Source: Octopus vulgaris (taxonomy: Eukaryota). From it: DNA of 64,000 bases. Shown here one piece after another: positions 40,103 to 52,852 of this stretch. A program made the position numbers and the translations under genes. The notes under the pieces are model-generated. The model did not search any database and was not told the origin of the DNA. It worked only from the letters and a program-made list of their open reading frames with translations. The stretch is from NCBI GenBank assembly GCA_951406725.2, contig OX597829.1:26164001-26228000 (forward strand), given 5' to 3'. Each line of letters begins with the position of its first letter. The stretch's first letter is position 1.

Positions 40103-43021
40103 CTAAATGCCAAAACCTTCCCAGGCGAAGAATGTACCTAAATGTCAAAACCTTCCCAGGCAAAGAATGTACCCGCAACATAGACTGGTAGTTAGTGACT
40201 TTAGGATCAGGACTAAGAGGAAAACCAGAAGACGACCAACATGGAGAAGAAGGATCTGGAAGCTTAAAGATCCTGTGAATGAACAGAGATTTAGGGACAT
40301 GTTACTTGAAGCCTTTGACGAAGTAGAATGGGATAGAGTATCACATGGAGTAGAAGGCAACTGGACGTTTCTAAGGGACAACCTGCTGAGAGCCACTGAC
40401 CAGATCTGTGGCTGGTGAAAAGTGCCCTCTCGTCCCAAGGTAACGTGGTGGTGGAACAATGTTGTAGACAGGGCTATTAGAGAAAAGAGACAGGCTTGGA
40501 AGGAGTGGAAGAACGGTGGTAGCAGGGAATTGTATCAGACTACCAAAAGGGAAGCTAGGAGACAGGTCTATCTAGCCATAGGGGAAGCAGATAAGAAAAA
40601 ATTTGCCAATGTTCTGCACCGTGAGGACCAAAGACTGGGGTGTTTCGTGTTGCAAGACAGTGTGTGAGAGAGAATTGTGATGTGGTAGGAGAGAAATGTG
40701 TTCGCATGGAAGATGGTTCACTTGCGCTAAATGAGGCTGCAAAGAGAGAGGTTTGGAGACGCCACTATGAAAGGTTGCTGAATAAAGAAAATGAATGGGA
40801 TAAAGAGAGTCTGCCGAATGTCGACCCAACAGAGGGACCAGCTATCCGAGTTGACAGTTCCTTGGTAGTTAAGGCAATTAGAAGCATGAAGACAGGGAAA
40901 GCCCCAGGCCCATCAGGAATCACTGCAGAGATGCTCAAAATATCTGGCAGTGTCGGCTATAGCCTAGTCACCCATATAGTTAATCAGGTGATACACGAAG
41001 GAGTCATACCCAATGACTGGTGTAGCAGCATAATAGTCAACTGCTACAAAGGTAAAGGTGATGCTTTAGATACAAATAATTACAGAGGTATCAAGCTGTT
41101 GGATCAGGTAATGAAGGTTACAGAGAGGGTCATAGCCCAACTAATTAGAGAGAGAGTTAGTTTAGATGAGATGTAGTTTGGGTTCGTGCCAGGCAAAAGT
41201 ACCACTGATGCTATATTCCTGGTAAGGCAGCTGCAGGAGAAATACCTAGCCAAAGATAAGCCCCTGTACCTGGCTTTTGTTGACATGGAGAAAGCCTTCG
41301 ACAGGGTCCCCCGATCCCTTATCTGGTGGTCCATGAGGAAACTAGGGATAGATGAATGGTTAGTGAGAGCTGTGCGAGCCATGAACAGGGACGCTGCTAG
41401 TAAGGTAAGGGTTAGCAATGAGTACAGTGAAGAATTCCGGGTAGAGGTAGGGGTCCACCAAGGCTCAGTCCTCAGCCCCCTCCTATTTATCATAGTCCTC
41501 CAGGCAATAACAGGAATTCAAGACAGGATGCCCCTGGGAGCTCCTCTATGCTGATGACCTTGCTCTAATTGCTGAGTTACTATCAGAACTCGAGGAGAAG
41601 TTTCAGGTGTGGAAGCAAGGATTAGAATCGAAGGGCCTTAGAATCAATCTAGCTAAAACCAAAGTCCTAATAAGTAGGAAGGTAGACAAATCACAAACGC
41701 CTTCAGGTAGATGGCCCTGCTCGATCTGTAGAAAAGGTGTAGGTAGAAACTCTATAAGATGCACCAAGTGTAAGCTATGGACACATAAGAGGTGCAGTAA
41801 TGTCAAAGGAAGGCTAACTAGGAAGACAGTTTTTGTATGTGGCAGATGCTCAGGAGCAATAAACACTGAAAATGCTCTGAGACCAACTTCTGCCACATTC
41901 CAGGGAGAAAAACTAGAAGTAGTTGATAGCTTCCGTTACCTAGGTAACCAAGTCAGTAGCGGGGGCGGGTGTGCTGAAAGTGTAACTGCTAGAGTAAGAA
42001 TAGCTTGGGCAAAGTTCAGAGAGCTCTTACCTCTGCTGGTGACAAAAGGCCTCTCACTCAGAGTAAAAGGCAGACTGTATGATGCATGTGTACGAACAGC
42101 CATGCTACATGGCAGTGAAACATGGGCCGTGACTGCTGAGGATATGCGTAAGCTCGTAAGAAATGAAGCCAGAATGCTCCGATGGATGTGTAATGTCAGT
42201 GTTCATACTCGACAGAGTGTAAGTACCTTGAGAGAAAAGCTGGACCTAAGAAGCATCAGTTGTGGTGTGCAAGAGAGACGTTTGCGCTGGTATGGTCATG
42301 TGGCGAGAATGGATGAAGATAGTTGTGTGAAAAAGTGCCACACCCTAGCGGTTGAGGCGACCTACAGAAGAGGCAGACCCAGGAAAACCTGGGACGAGGT
42401 GGTGAAGCATGACCTTCGAACTTTAGGTCTCACTGAGGAAATGACCAGAGACTGAAACCTTTGGAAGTATGCTGTGCGTGAGAAGACCTGGCAGGACAAG
42501 TGAGACCATAACCTGTGGCCTCTACCTGGGATGTAGCCAGTCCACTTATGCATACCTTTCCTTCTTGGGACACAAAACTCTACTTGTGAAGACCTGTTGA
42601 GGCAAGTGAGAATCGAAATTGATCAACATCAATGGAAATTGCAGCTGTGATACCAGTGCTGGTGGCACGTAAGTGAACCATCCGAACGTGGCCGTTGCCA
42701 GCGCCGCCCCGACTGGCCTCATGCCGGTGGCACGTAAAAAGCACCATCCATTCGTGGCCGTTGTCAGCCTCGCCTGGCCCCCATGCCGGTGGCACGTAAA
42801 AAGCACCATCTAATCGTGGCCGTTTGCCAGCCTCGTCTAGCACGTAAAAAGCACCCACTACACTCACGGAGTGGTTGGCGTTAGGAAGGGCATCCAGCCG
42901 TAGAAATATTGCCAGATCAGACAGGGCCTGGTGCAGCCTTCTGGCTTCCCAGACCCCAGTTGAACCGTCCAACCGATGCTAGCATGGAAAGCGGACGCTA
43001 AACGATGATGATGATGATGAT
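40103..43021 (+). mobile_element. 5'-truncated RTE LINE (endonuclease C-terminus, RT, PHD, 3' UTR)
   Basis: QHRLVV, KAPGPSG, YRGIKLL, DMEKAFD, QGSVLSP and YADD motifs; a few stops and frameshifts; tandem-repeat 3' UTR; (GAT)n tail. Confidence 0.95.
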
Positions 43022-43570
43022 ATATTATATACACTCACACGTCTTTCAACTTCCGTCTAGCAAACCACACACAAGGCTTTGGTCTGCACATACTTATAGA
43101 AGGAGACAGTTGGGCAAGGTGCCACACAGACGGCCTCAACCTAGAAAGCTAACTTCTTACCACACAAACATGCTTATATATAAGTGTGTGTGTATGAAGG
43201 AGTGTTTGTCTCCTTGTTTTGACATCATACATTAAATATAAACAAGCACTTATGGTCTACTATTCTATAGTGCATGAGTGTATGAGTATGTATACTTGTG
43301 TTTCCTTGTCATGATATCACATTATTACAGTAAAGGAGTGCCACTATCGAATGAGCAGTGTCATTCATTTCCAGTGTTTTGTGAAAATATGTTTGGCTAT
43401 GAAGAAATATTAACCTTATATGGGAACAGGTGTTGGCAATAGCAAGGGCATACAGCAATAGAAAATCTGCTTCAACAAAACCAGCTTAACACTTGCAAGC
43501 GTGGAAAAACAGGATGTTAAAAGGAAGGTGAAGATGATGATATTAGAGAAGAATGAAAGCAATGACTTAC

Positions 43571-43699
43571 CATTTTAATTTCGTCTGGTAAGAAAAACTG
43601 CGGCATATTCGCTTTAACTTTCATGTGTGCGATATGTGACGGCATTCCTGGGTAGAAGGAATAGTTCGGGAGGACAACTGGCTGCTGTTGTTGTTGTTG
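43571..43699 (-). CDS. PAN3: PAN3 exon (QQQQQQPVVLPNYSFYPG...FFLPDEIKM)
   Basis: tttcag / gtaagt; 129 nt, phase 0-0; matches vertebrate FPNYHIYP...KANAPSFFMADELR. Confidence 0.93.
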
Positions 43700-44029
43700 C
43701 TGAAATGGGAACAATAGATGATAGAAGTTATATGAGGTGGTGAATATATATCGTTTTTATTTTTTACTTGTTTCAGTCATTAGACTATGGCCTTGCAGGG
43801 GTCACGCTGGGGTGTCATCTTGAGGAATTTTAGTGCTTTTCTTGAAGACTGGTACTTATTCTACCTGTCCCTTTTGCCAAACTGTTAAGTAATAACACCA
43901 ACACTGGTTGTCAAGCAATAGTGGGGCTCAGACACAAGCACACACCTAGATATATATGACCAAATCCTTGAGTGGATTTCTTAGATGGAAAATGAAAGAA
44001 ACCAGTTGTGTATATATATATATATATAT

Positions 44030-44196
44030 CTTGATAGAAATGGTAAGACAACAAAAGAATGAAGGAGACCTCGATATTATGTAACTAGAGGAATTTATCT
44101 GTAAATGTAATATGTGACAATTATTCAGTAGCCATGATAAAACTCAGAGTTTTATCATGGCTACTGAATAATTGTCACATATTTTTACATTTACAG
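44030..44196 (-). repeat. Fold-back element (near-perfect ~48 bp arms plus tail) between (TA)n arrays
   Basis: ctgtaaatgtaatatgtgacaattattcagtagccatgataaaactc a gagttttatcatggctactgaataattgtcacata...ttacag. Confidence 0.85.
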
Positions 44197-44243
<47 letters not shown>

Positions 44244-44664
44244 CATACACACACACAGAAAGTGCTCCAGAATGGCCGCAGTCATATGACTGAAACAAGT
44301 AAAAGAATATATATATATATATATATATATATTTCAACAGAGGAAGGTTTATGTAATGGATGCATTTCCTATTATATATTATGCAAACCTGAATGTATGT
44401 GTTAAATGCTTTCCAAATATCGCTGTTTTGACTTCATTATTACAACTTGTGACTTGGTGCCAGTACAGACTACCTAGTCAAGATGTTGCTTATGTAGTCA
44501 CTCTAAGAACAATTTGAAGTAGTTTGCTACATTTGACTCAAATTGAAAATTCTGGTACCTTGTACTAACTCTGAACATAACATGAAATAACACACACACA
44601 CACACACATTATATACATACATACATTATATATATACATTCATTATATATATATATACATACAT

Positions 44665-44715
<51 letters not shown>

Positions 44716-47700
44716 TCACTATTTTATTGAAGCCAAAAAAATTCACAAATTATTACTCAGAGTTCTAAATAACAATTCATCAGATACTTATGATAATTAA
44801 GATAAAATAATTTAGAAATTATGAGTATATATAAGTCTTCAACAAATAATTATTTAAATCTGACTGGGCAACTTATTCTTGAAATAGTGGTTTACAGTTG
44901 GATGAAAGGAGAATTGAGCCTAACAGAAAAATAATATAAATAATTGATAAGTTGAAAATATTTTTTAAAAAATAAATTTTAGATGTAGGTGAAAAACAAA
45001 ATATACAGAATAAGATAGACTATGTCAAGAATAAGAAGATGCAAGAAATTAAATAGGACATAATTAAAGAAAGCCTAAAATCAAAATTAAAATAAGAGCC
45101 ATTAGATATCACTAAAACATAAATAAATGAAAATACCAAAAATTAAAAGCAAAGGAAGTTGAAAAACAAAATTGCTATGAGAGAGAGGGGGGGGGAGAAA
45201 GGAATGTGATGTTAAAGAGATAAGGAGAGGTGAAGTAAAAAGCAAAATGCAGAGAAAGCGTTATATGTACACAGCATATTTATCAAATATGTCTTATAGC
45301 AAAGAGGTGCAAGAAGGGGAAGGTTGACAGTTTAACAATGTGATAGAGAGATTACTAGAAATAAATTAGAAATACTATTAGAGACACTGAATTAGAAAAG
45401 AATGAATAACCAAAGCTTGAACACAGATACAGTAATGGATTATAAGCAAAAATGCCATATACTAATGAAAATGTGTAAAACAGCAGAAAAAAAAGGTGTG
45501 TGCATGTGTGCGTATTTATTATTATTATTATTATTTTATTAATATTATTATTAAATTATATTATAAATTAAAATAATCACACAAACATGAAAGATGTCCT
45601 GAAAACAAAAACAAAAAAAGTGATAAAATGATAAAATACTCTGGCTTTTTCATTGTCAAATATAGTGGTTATATTTATATATAAAAATATAGACTCATAT
45701 ATATATAAATATATATGTGTGTGTGTGCATGTATATATATATATATATACACACACACACATATATAGTTCAAATTTACAAAAAACAAAAGACAAAGACA
45801 GTTGAAGGAACAAGCTGATGTATTAGTTAAATGCTTGGGAAGAATGGAAAAGTCTTTCAAGTCTACTCTTCGACAGAAAGCTTGAGTGGAGAGAACAGAA
45901 AAAGAGAAAAAAAAAATGTGTAGGGATTACACACACACACCCATATGCGTATATGCTGTGACAAGAATTTATATAACAGGCTCCTCTCTAATACTATTAC
46001 AGACATATAAGAAGGCAGTAATTACTTTACACAAAGCGATGAATCTTGAAGCAAAGAGAATTGTAATTATCAGGAGCAGGATGGAGTACCCCCTTCCACA
46101 TAAGCCTTAAAGATCACAAAACCAATTTTAGGAGAATCCCCAAATGTAGATTTATCAACCTGACAAAAACTGAAATACAAATAATTAGCAAGAATATTCT
46201 AGATTCTATTCTCCATAAGATTAGTAGAGATATAAATGGAAAATCAACATGTCTGTTATAGATTGGCTTAACAACAAAACAATAAATACAACCATAAGTT
46301 TAATCTGTTTGATATCATGGACTTTAAGCTGTCAATAACTAGGATTCTACTGCTTAAGGTACTTGATTTTGTTGAGGAATGAATAGCTGTCAGCAACTTG
46401 GATACTGACCTCATCCAGCATGTCTTGAAATCCTGACAATTTTTCAACAACTCTGAGTAAAGAAGAATGGGGATGCTTTGTCATACTTTCTATGGGTATG
46501 TATAATAGAGCAAGAATTATGTCTAAATAAGAATTTCCTTATTTAGAAACAGGTTTGTATAAGGCCTTACCTCTAACATGAACAAGGTCTTAGAAAGAAT
46601 CTTATTCTATTCTTCCAGCAGACAGGCTTAAAAATTATAGTTAACATGAATCTTAACAGTGTTAACTATTTAGTTACCAAATTAGATTTCTAATTTAACA
46701 GTTTTAAGCCAGATTGTAAGCCTAATGAAAGACCATCCCCTTTGTCCCTAATGGAAACAACATCAGAAGGTCTCCAAGAACTAAGACTAGAAAGGTTTTG
46801 TGGCATAATCCAATATTTAGCAACAGCATTAGAAATAACGTAGTTAGAGAATTTTAAAATTTACCATCTAGACATTTTCCAAGTGACTGTGAATTTTCAA
46901 CAGAACTCAAAATTAATTATTCTTGTTGCATAAATTTTGCCTCTCTTGTTAACCAGCACATTCATTATCAACATTCTAAATAAAGCTAGTGAAATTGTTG
47001 ATAGACTTAAATGTTATTTCAAATATCCCGTAGGCAGCCCTTCAAATGGTAAACTGCCCAATTAAAAGATGTATATAGGACTAATGTGCAAACTGACAAT
47101 ATCCCCACAAACAAAACCTCTACCAGGGTCACACAAAAAATAGCTTCAAAACAAGATAACTCAACAGAAATTTCCTCAAACATCCTGAAAACAGGTTGAT
47201 AACAAGTCTAGTAAAAGACTGCTTGGCAAATAAAAGAAGCTGGTTCAGTTCCCTTGAAGATACATTATTCTATTTTGGAGAAAGCTAACCCTTACAAACA
47301 GGGAGTGTACTGAAATTTTATGAAATGCTTGTTGTACTTGAGTGAAAATACTTCATATTGTTCAAAGACAAATTTGCATTGAACCACAAAACAGAGCATC
47401 AAAACTCTTAATGTATTGCAAAACGATTCCATATGGCAAGCCCATTACAAATTCACTAAAAATTATCAATTTTTTAAAATAACTCAATTTTTGCTGGAAC
47501 ATTATATTGTGTTCCCCTAATTTATTCAGACTGTCAAATTTTGCTATACCCGATTTCTTTTTTTACCACACTTATATATAACATTTTGTATGTTTTTCAT
47601 ACCCACCACCCACATTACACATTGCAAACTTTTTCAATTATTACTTTTAGACAGGCACAGGTGTAGCTGTGGTAAGAAGTTTACTTCCCAACCTCAGAGT

Positions 47701-48795
47701 TGGGGGTTGAGTCTCACTGCATGGCACCTTGGGCAAGTGTCTTCTACAATAGACTTGTGAATGGATTCAATAGATGGAAACTGAAAGAAGCCTGTCAGAT
47801 ATATACATATGTGTGAGTGTCTTTGTTTGTTTACCCCACCAATGCTTGACAACCAGTGCTGGTATGTTTACATCCCCATGACTTAGAAGTTTGGCAAAAG
47901 AGACTGATAGAAATACCAAGCTTTAAGAAAATAAGTACTGGGGTGAATACATTCAACTAAAAATTCTTCAAGATGGTGTCCCAGCATGGTTGCAGTCTAA
48001 TAACTGAAACAATTAAAATATAAAATATCTAAGTTTCTTTATTTTTACCTTTATAACGATATGTATAACCTACAACCAGGGCTATCTGCTGATGCATATG
48101 GCTTGAGCTTCACTTAGAAGTCATTTATGGAACAAAGCCAAAACTTTGCAAACTTTAGAAAATTACTATTTTTAAATCTCACAAGGAGAGATATTCAGCA
48201 ACAGTACTTTGGAGTAAAGATTGTTTGCCCACATAACATGGCAGTCCTGGTTTAGGACTAATGTTGCTGTAATTTAGCCCCAGGAGATATCGTCTCCAGC
48301 TAGCTATACAACATAGCTTGTGTCCTTAAACCAGGACTGCCATTTTATATTGGCAAATAACTTTGCAAACTTTGATAATAACACCATACTTAAAACCACA
48401 ACCACCTCCACTGATTTTTCCTTCTCACGATGTCAAAGATCCTGAAGATGCACATGTGCAAGCAGTTCCTGTAGATCAAGTTCCAGAAACAGAACTTCCT
48501 GTATCTAGTACAGAGCCTGAATGACCAGTATTGGGATATGAGCATGGACAGGACAGGACAGAATTCTTGATTTGTTAAAATTATCTTCATCTCTAGAGGG
48601 TGTATCACAATTACTGAAAAGCAATTAAGAGCAGCAGACCCTTTGCCACCTCAACAAGATATAATCTTAAGATATATCATACCAAGCAGTCTGACAAATG
48701 AATATCATTGTTAATAAGCTATACAACAAAGCATCTAACACACACACACATGCACCAAATGGATAACACTAAAATTTACAAAAATATTTACTTAC

Positions 48796-48861
48796 AACAC
48801 TCTGAAATTGTGGAGCAAAATCTTCGGGAGAATAAAAATAGGTTGTTCCGCCAACGTTTTC
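48796..48861 (-). CDS. PAN3: PAN3 exon (ENVGGTTYFYSPEDFAPQFQSV)
   Basis: ctttag / gtaagt; 66 nt, phase 0-0; conserved GGTTYFY motif. Confidence 0.95.
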
Positions 48862-49026
48862 CTAAAGATAAAGAGAAAAAAATGGAAAAAAAAAACCCAT
48901 TAAAACTTGTCTTCTACATTATATATATATAAAATTAATAATAATAAAGGGTAACATTAATTAATTAATTAATAATTATTAGTAATTTTACCAAGTAGTT
49001 TCGGCATGTTAAAAGAACCATTATCG

Positions 49027-49322
49027 GTAAACTTAAACAACATTTTTTTATAATTATGAGTATAATTATAATTAGGGTTCAGCAAAAATTTGCTTCACCA
49101 CATACTGAAAATTTAGAAATAGCAGCCAAACACCTAGCTATTTCTCTTTACCAGCATGGATTATTTTTGAGTATATGTTATCTGGGAGATTCTCTTATCG
49201 TAGAGAAATAGCTAGGTGTTTGGCTACTATTTCTAAATTTTCGGAATGTGGTGAAGCAAATTTTTGCTGAACCCTAATTATAATTATACTCAGAATTATA
49301 AAAAATTGTTGTTTAAGTTTAC
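49027..49322. repeat. Inverted repeat, ~120 bp arms, ~54 nt spacer
   Basis: 49027-49147 is the reverse complement of 49202-49322 with few mismatches. Confidence 0.9.
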
Positions 49323-49345
49323 AAATATATGTGTGTGTATATATA

Positions 49346-50178
49346 CAGGGTTATTAAAAAAGAATGAACAGATTTCATTAAACAATATTTTAATATGGAA
49401 AAGCAATAGAAAACTCCAGTTAAGTAACAAGTATTTAGTGTAGCCACCACCTGCAGCACAGGCAACATCAATGCGATAAGAGAATTCCTCCCAGACATGC
49501 ATCAGCATATCAAAAGTAAGTTCATTATGGAACTCTTTACTCTTTTACTTGTTTCAGTCATTTGACTGCAGCCATGCTGGAGCACCACCTTTAGTCGAGC
49601 AAATCAACCCCCGGGACTTATTCTTTGTAAGCTTAGTACTTATTCTATCGGTCTCTTTTGCCGAACCGCTAAGTGACGGCGACGTAAACACACCAGCATC
49701 GGTTGTCAAGCAATGCTAGGGGGACAAACACAGACACACATACATATATATATATATATACATATATATGACAGGCTTCTTCCAGTTTCCGTCTACCAAA
49801 TCCACTCACAAGGCATAGGTCAGCCTGGGGCTATAGCAGAAGAAATTTGCCCAAGATGCCACGCAGTGGGACTGAACCCAGAACCATGTGGTTGGTTAGC
49901 AAGCAACTTACCACACAGCCACTCCTAAAGAATAATTTTGCTTTCTTTGAGGTGATTCTAGAAGATATTCACATAGAATGGAAATGGAAAAACTTCAATA
50001 AAACATTCAACCAGACAGCTAAACAAGTAGTCAGTGGATTGCCACTTTAACCACTTGTCAGACATGATATAGAAGTTGACTGTGATTAAATACTTGTGAC
50101 TTAACTGGAGTTTTCTATTGCTTTTCCTTATAAAAATATTGCATAATGAAATCGGTTCATTCTTTTAGAATAACCCTG
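49346..50178 (-). mobile_element. Tc1/mariner-superfamily non-autonomous element with nested SINE
   Basis: ~33 bp TIR cagggttattaaaaaagaatgaacagatttcatt versus aatgaaatcggttcattcttttagaataaccctg; TA context; transposase C-terminal remnant VWEEFSYRIDVACAAGG. Confidence 0.7.
49535..49926 (-). mobile_element. tRNA-derived SINE, family B with internal microsatellite (many copies, e.g. ~60-240, 11675-11900, 23620-23940, 25390-25740, 30890-31340, 47655-48020, 61485-61700)
   Basis: Head ggagtggctgtgtggtaag...gggttcagtccc; tail atgactgaaacaagtaaaaga. Confidence 0.85.
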
Positions 50179-50179
50179 A

Positions 50180-50194
50180 GTATATATACACGTA

Positions 50195-50238
<44 letters not shown>

Positions 50239-50403
50239 GTGCATATATGTGTATGTGTGTGTATGTATATAATGTGCATGTATGTGTGTATATATATGCA
50301 TATGTGTATACATATATATATATATATGTATGTATATGCGTATATAATATATATATATATACACATATAATATATATATATCATATACACACGTATAAAT
50401 CCA

Positions 50404-50439
<36 letters not shown>

Positions 50440-50520
50440 CGTATATATACATGTGTATATATATATATATATATATGTGTGTGTTTATATATATATGTAT
50501 ACCTATATATATATATGTAT
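50180..50520. repeat. Compound (TA)n/(TG)n/(CA)n microsatellite; similar arrays throughout the window
   Basis: Direct inspection. Confidence 0.95.
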
Positions 50521-51395
50521 CATCATCATCATCATCGTTTAATGTCCGCTTTCCATGCTAGCATGGGTTGGAAGATGACTAAGGGCAGGCAAACCAGATG
50601 GCTGCACCAGGCTCCAATCTTGATCTGGCAGAGTTTCTACAGCTGGATGCCCTTCCTAACGCCAACCACTCCGAGAGTGTAGGGGGTTCTTTTACGTGCC
50701 ACTGGCACGGAGGCCAATCAGGCGGTACTAGCAATGACCTTGCTCGAATGTTTTTTCACATGCCAGTAAGGCGACACTAGTAATGATCACGCTCAAATGG
50801 TGCCTTTTATGTGCCACTGGCACGGAAGCCGGCGAGCCACTCTGTTAATGATCACGCTCATATGGTGCTCTCTGTGCCCTGCTAGCACAGATGCCAGTCA
50901 TTGAATTTGATTTCGATTTCACTTGCCTCAATAGGTCTTCACAAGCAAAGTTTAGTGTCCAAAGAAGGAAAGGTATGCATAAGTGGGCTGGTTACGCCCC
51001 TGCCATAGGCCACAAGGTTATAGTCTAATTTGGCTTGCCGGGTCTTCTCAAGCACAGCATATTTCTAAAAGTCTCAGTCACTAGTCATTTCCTCAGTGGG
51101 GCCTAAAGTTTGAAGGTTGTGCTTCACCACTTCATCCCAGGTCTTCCTGGATCTGCCTCTTCCACAGGTTCCCTCAACCGCTAGGGTGTGGCACTTTTTC
51201 ACACAGCTATCCTCATCCATTCTCGTCACATGACCATACCAGCGCAGTCGTCTCTCTTGCACACCACATCTAATGCTTCTTAGGTCCAACTTTTCTCTCA
51301 AGGTACTTACACTCTGTCAAGTATGCACACTGACTTTACACATCCATCGGAGCAATTTTTTTATCTGCTTCCCCTCTGGCTAAATAAACCTGCCT
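50520..51395 (-). mobile_element. RTE LINE 3' end
   Basis: ORF 51074-51301 nearly matches the C-terminus of the 41607-42455 ORF; (CAT)n tail. Confidence 0.9.
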
Positions 51396-51477
51396 ACACA
51401 CACACACACACACATATATATATGTGCATATATATATATACACCCATATACACACACACACACATATATATATATAT

Positions 51478-51990
51478 ATGCAAGCAGGAATACCAAGCAT
51501 GTTTGCACAAAGATGTATGAGATGGCTTGGGCATGTTAGCCGTATGAAAGATGGCAGAATCCCCAAGGATATACTCTATGGAGAGCTTGCTAGGGGTACT
51601 AGGTCTGTGGGTAGACCGTTCTTACGTTACAAGAATGTTTGCAAAAGGGACATGAAGGCCTGCAACATCAATATTAGCGGTTGGGAGGCAGTTGCCGGCA
51701 ACCGTGGAGACTGGCGACGTACCGTAAAAGAGGGAATACAAAGGAGTGACAGAGAGAGAGAGGAGAAATGGAAAGACAAGAAAAGACGTCAACAAGAAAC
51801 TATGATATTACAACCAGCCAGGAACAGTCTTTGTTACATTTGCGGTACCTGCCAGAGGGAGTGTTTGTCCAGGATAGGACTACACAGCCACAGCAGGAAA
51901 TGTATCAGGACATGAAATGTAAAAGCCGGATTAGACTACTTTATGTGCAACTCCATTGTCTCCCGAGACAAAAAGGATGCCAACAATATA
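51478..51990 (+). mobile_element. RTE-BovB-type LINE 3' end with C-terminal zinc finger
   Basis: RWLGHVSRM..RIPKDILYGEL..G.R..GRP.LRYK and CGTC...RIGLHSHSRKC; short 3' UTR ending ccaacaa. Confidence 0.85.
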
Positions 51991-52534
51991 TATGCACACA
52001 TACAAGGTGGTTGTCTACTTCTTATGCAGAGTTTGACAACCTCCTGTACCTACACCTTAGAACCATCATGGCACTTTAAACCAGACAGTGCTTTGAAAAG
52101 ACACCCACATAGATTGCATATCTGATTTGAACCACCAAGAGCTGCAGATAAGTTCTGATACATATATCATCATCATCATCATCGTTTAGCGTCCGCTTTC
52201 CATGCTAGCATGGGTTGGACGGTTCAACTGGGGTCTGTGAAGCCGGAAGGCTTCATCAGGCCTAGTCAGATCTGGCAGTGTTTCTACGGCTAGATGCCCT
52301 TCCTAACGCCAACCACTCTGTGAGTGTAGTGGGTGCTTTTTACGTGCCACCCACGTGTATATATATATATACACACACACACACAAATACAGTAGCAGTC
52401 ATAATATAAGGGTAAGAACAAGTGTTTTGAATATTTATTATAGAAGATTAACAAAATGTTGAAACTAGATACTTTACACATATTTAGACAATTCTAAGAT
52501 AACCTATCTTTCATAAAACTTTCTAGTGAATGGA

Positions 52535-52581
<47 letters not shown>

Positions 52582-52818
52582 TGTATATATACAAATATAT
52601 ACACATCTACATAAACGATGATATATATATATATATATTGTTGTATTTCGGAATGGTCATTTTGCCAGTTTAGCCAATAAATATATAAACATAATATATA
52701 TATAGTTATACATACATATATATACATATACTGATATATATACATATATACATTTATATATATGATGAGTCTTCTCAAACATGGCATAATGCCAAAGGTT
52801 TTGGTTATTGTCTCTGCC

Positions 52819-52852
<34 letters not shown>

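Noticed and set aside
42655-42860. Repeat-spacer-like array suggestive of CRISPR
   Set aside because: Units are tandem homologues in a LINE 3' UTR with no unique spacers or cas genes, in a eukaryotic context.
46100-47500. Possible old LINE endonuclease region on the minus strand
   Set aside because: Too degenerate to assign by eye.
48978-49030. Hammerhead-like ttaccgataat...gccgaaactacttggtaa on the minus strand
   Set aside because: Core reads CCGAUAA, breaking the 3-8 pair; cannot be supported as a ribozyme.
50128-50682. Many ORFs rich in YI/HT/CV repeats (also 52494-54111 and elsewhere)
   Set aside because: Translations of microsatellites.
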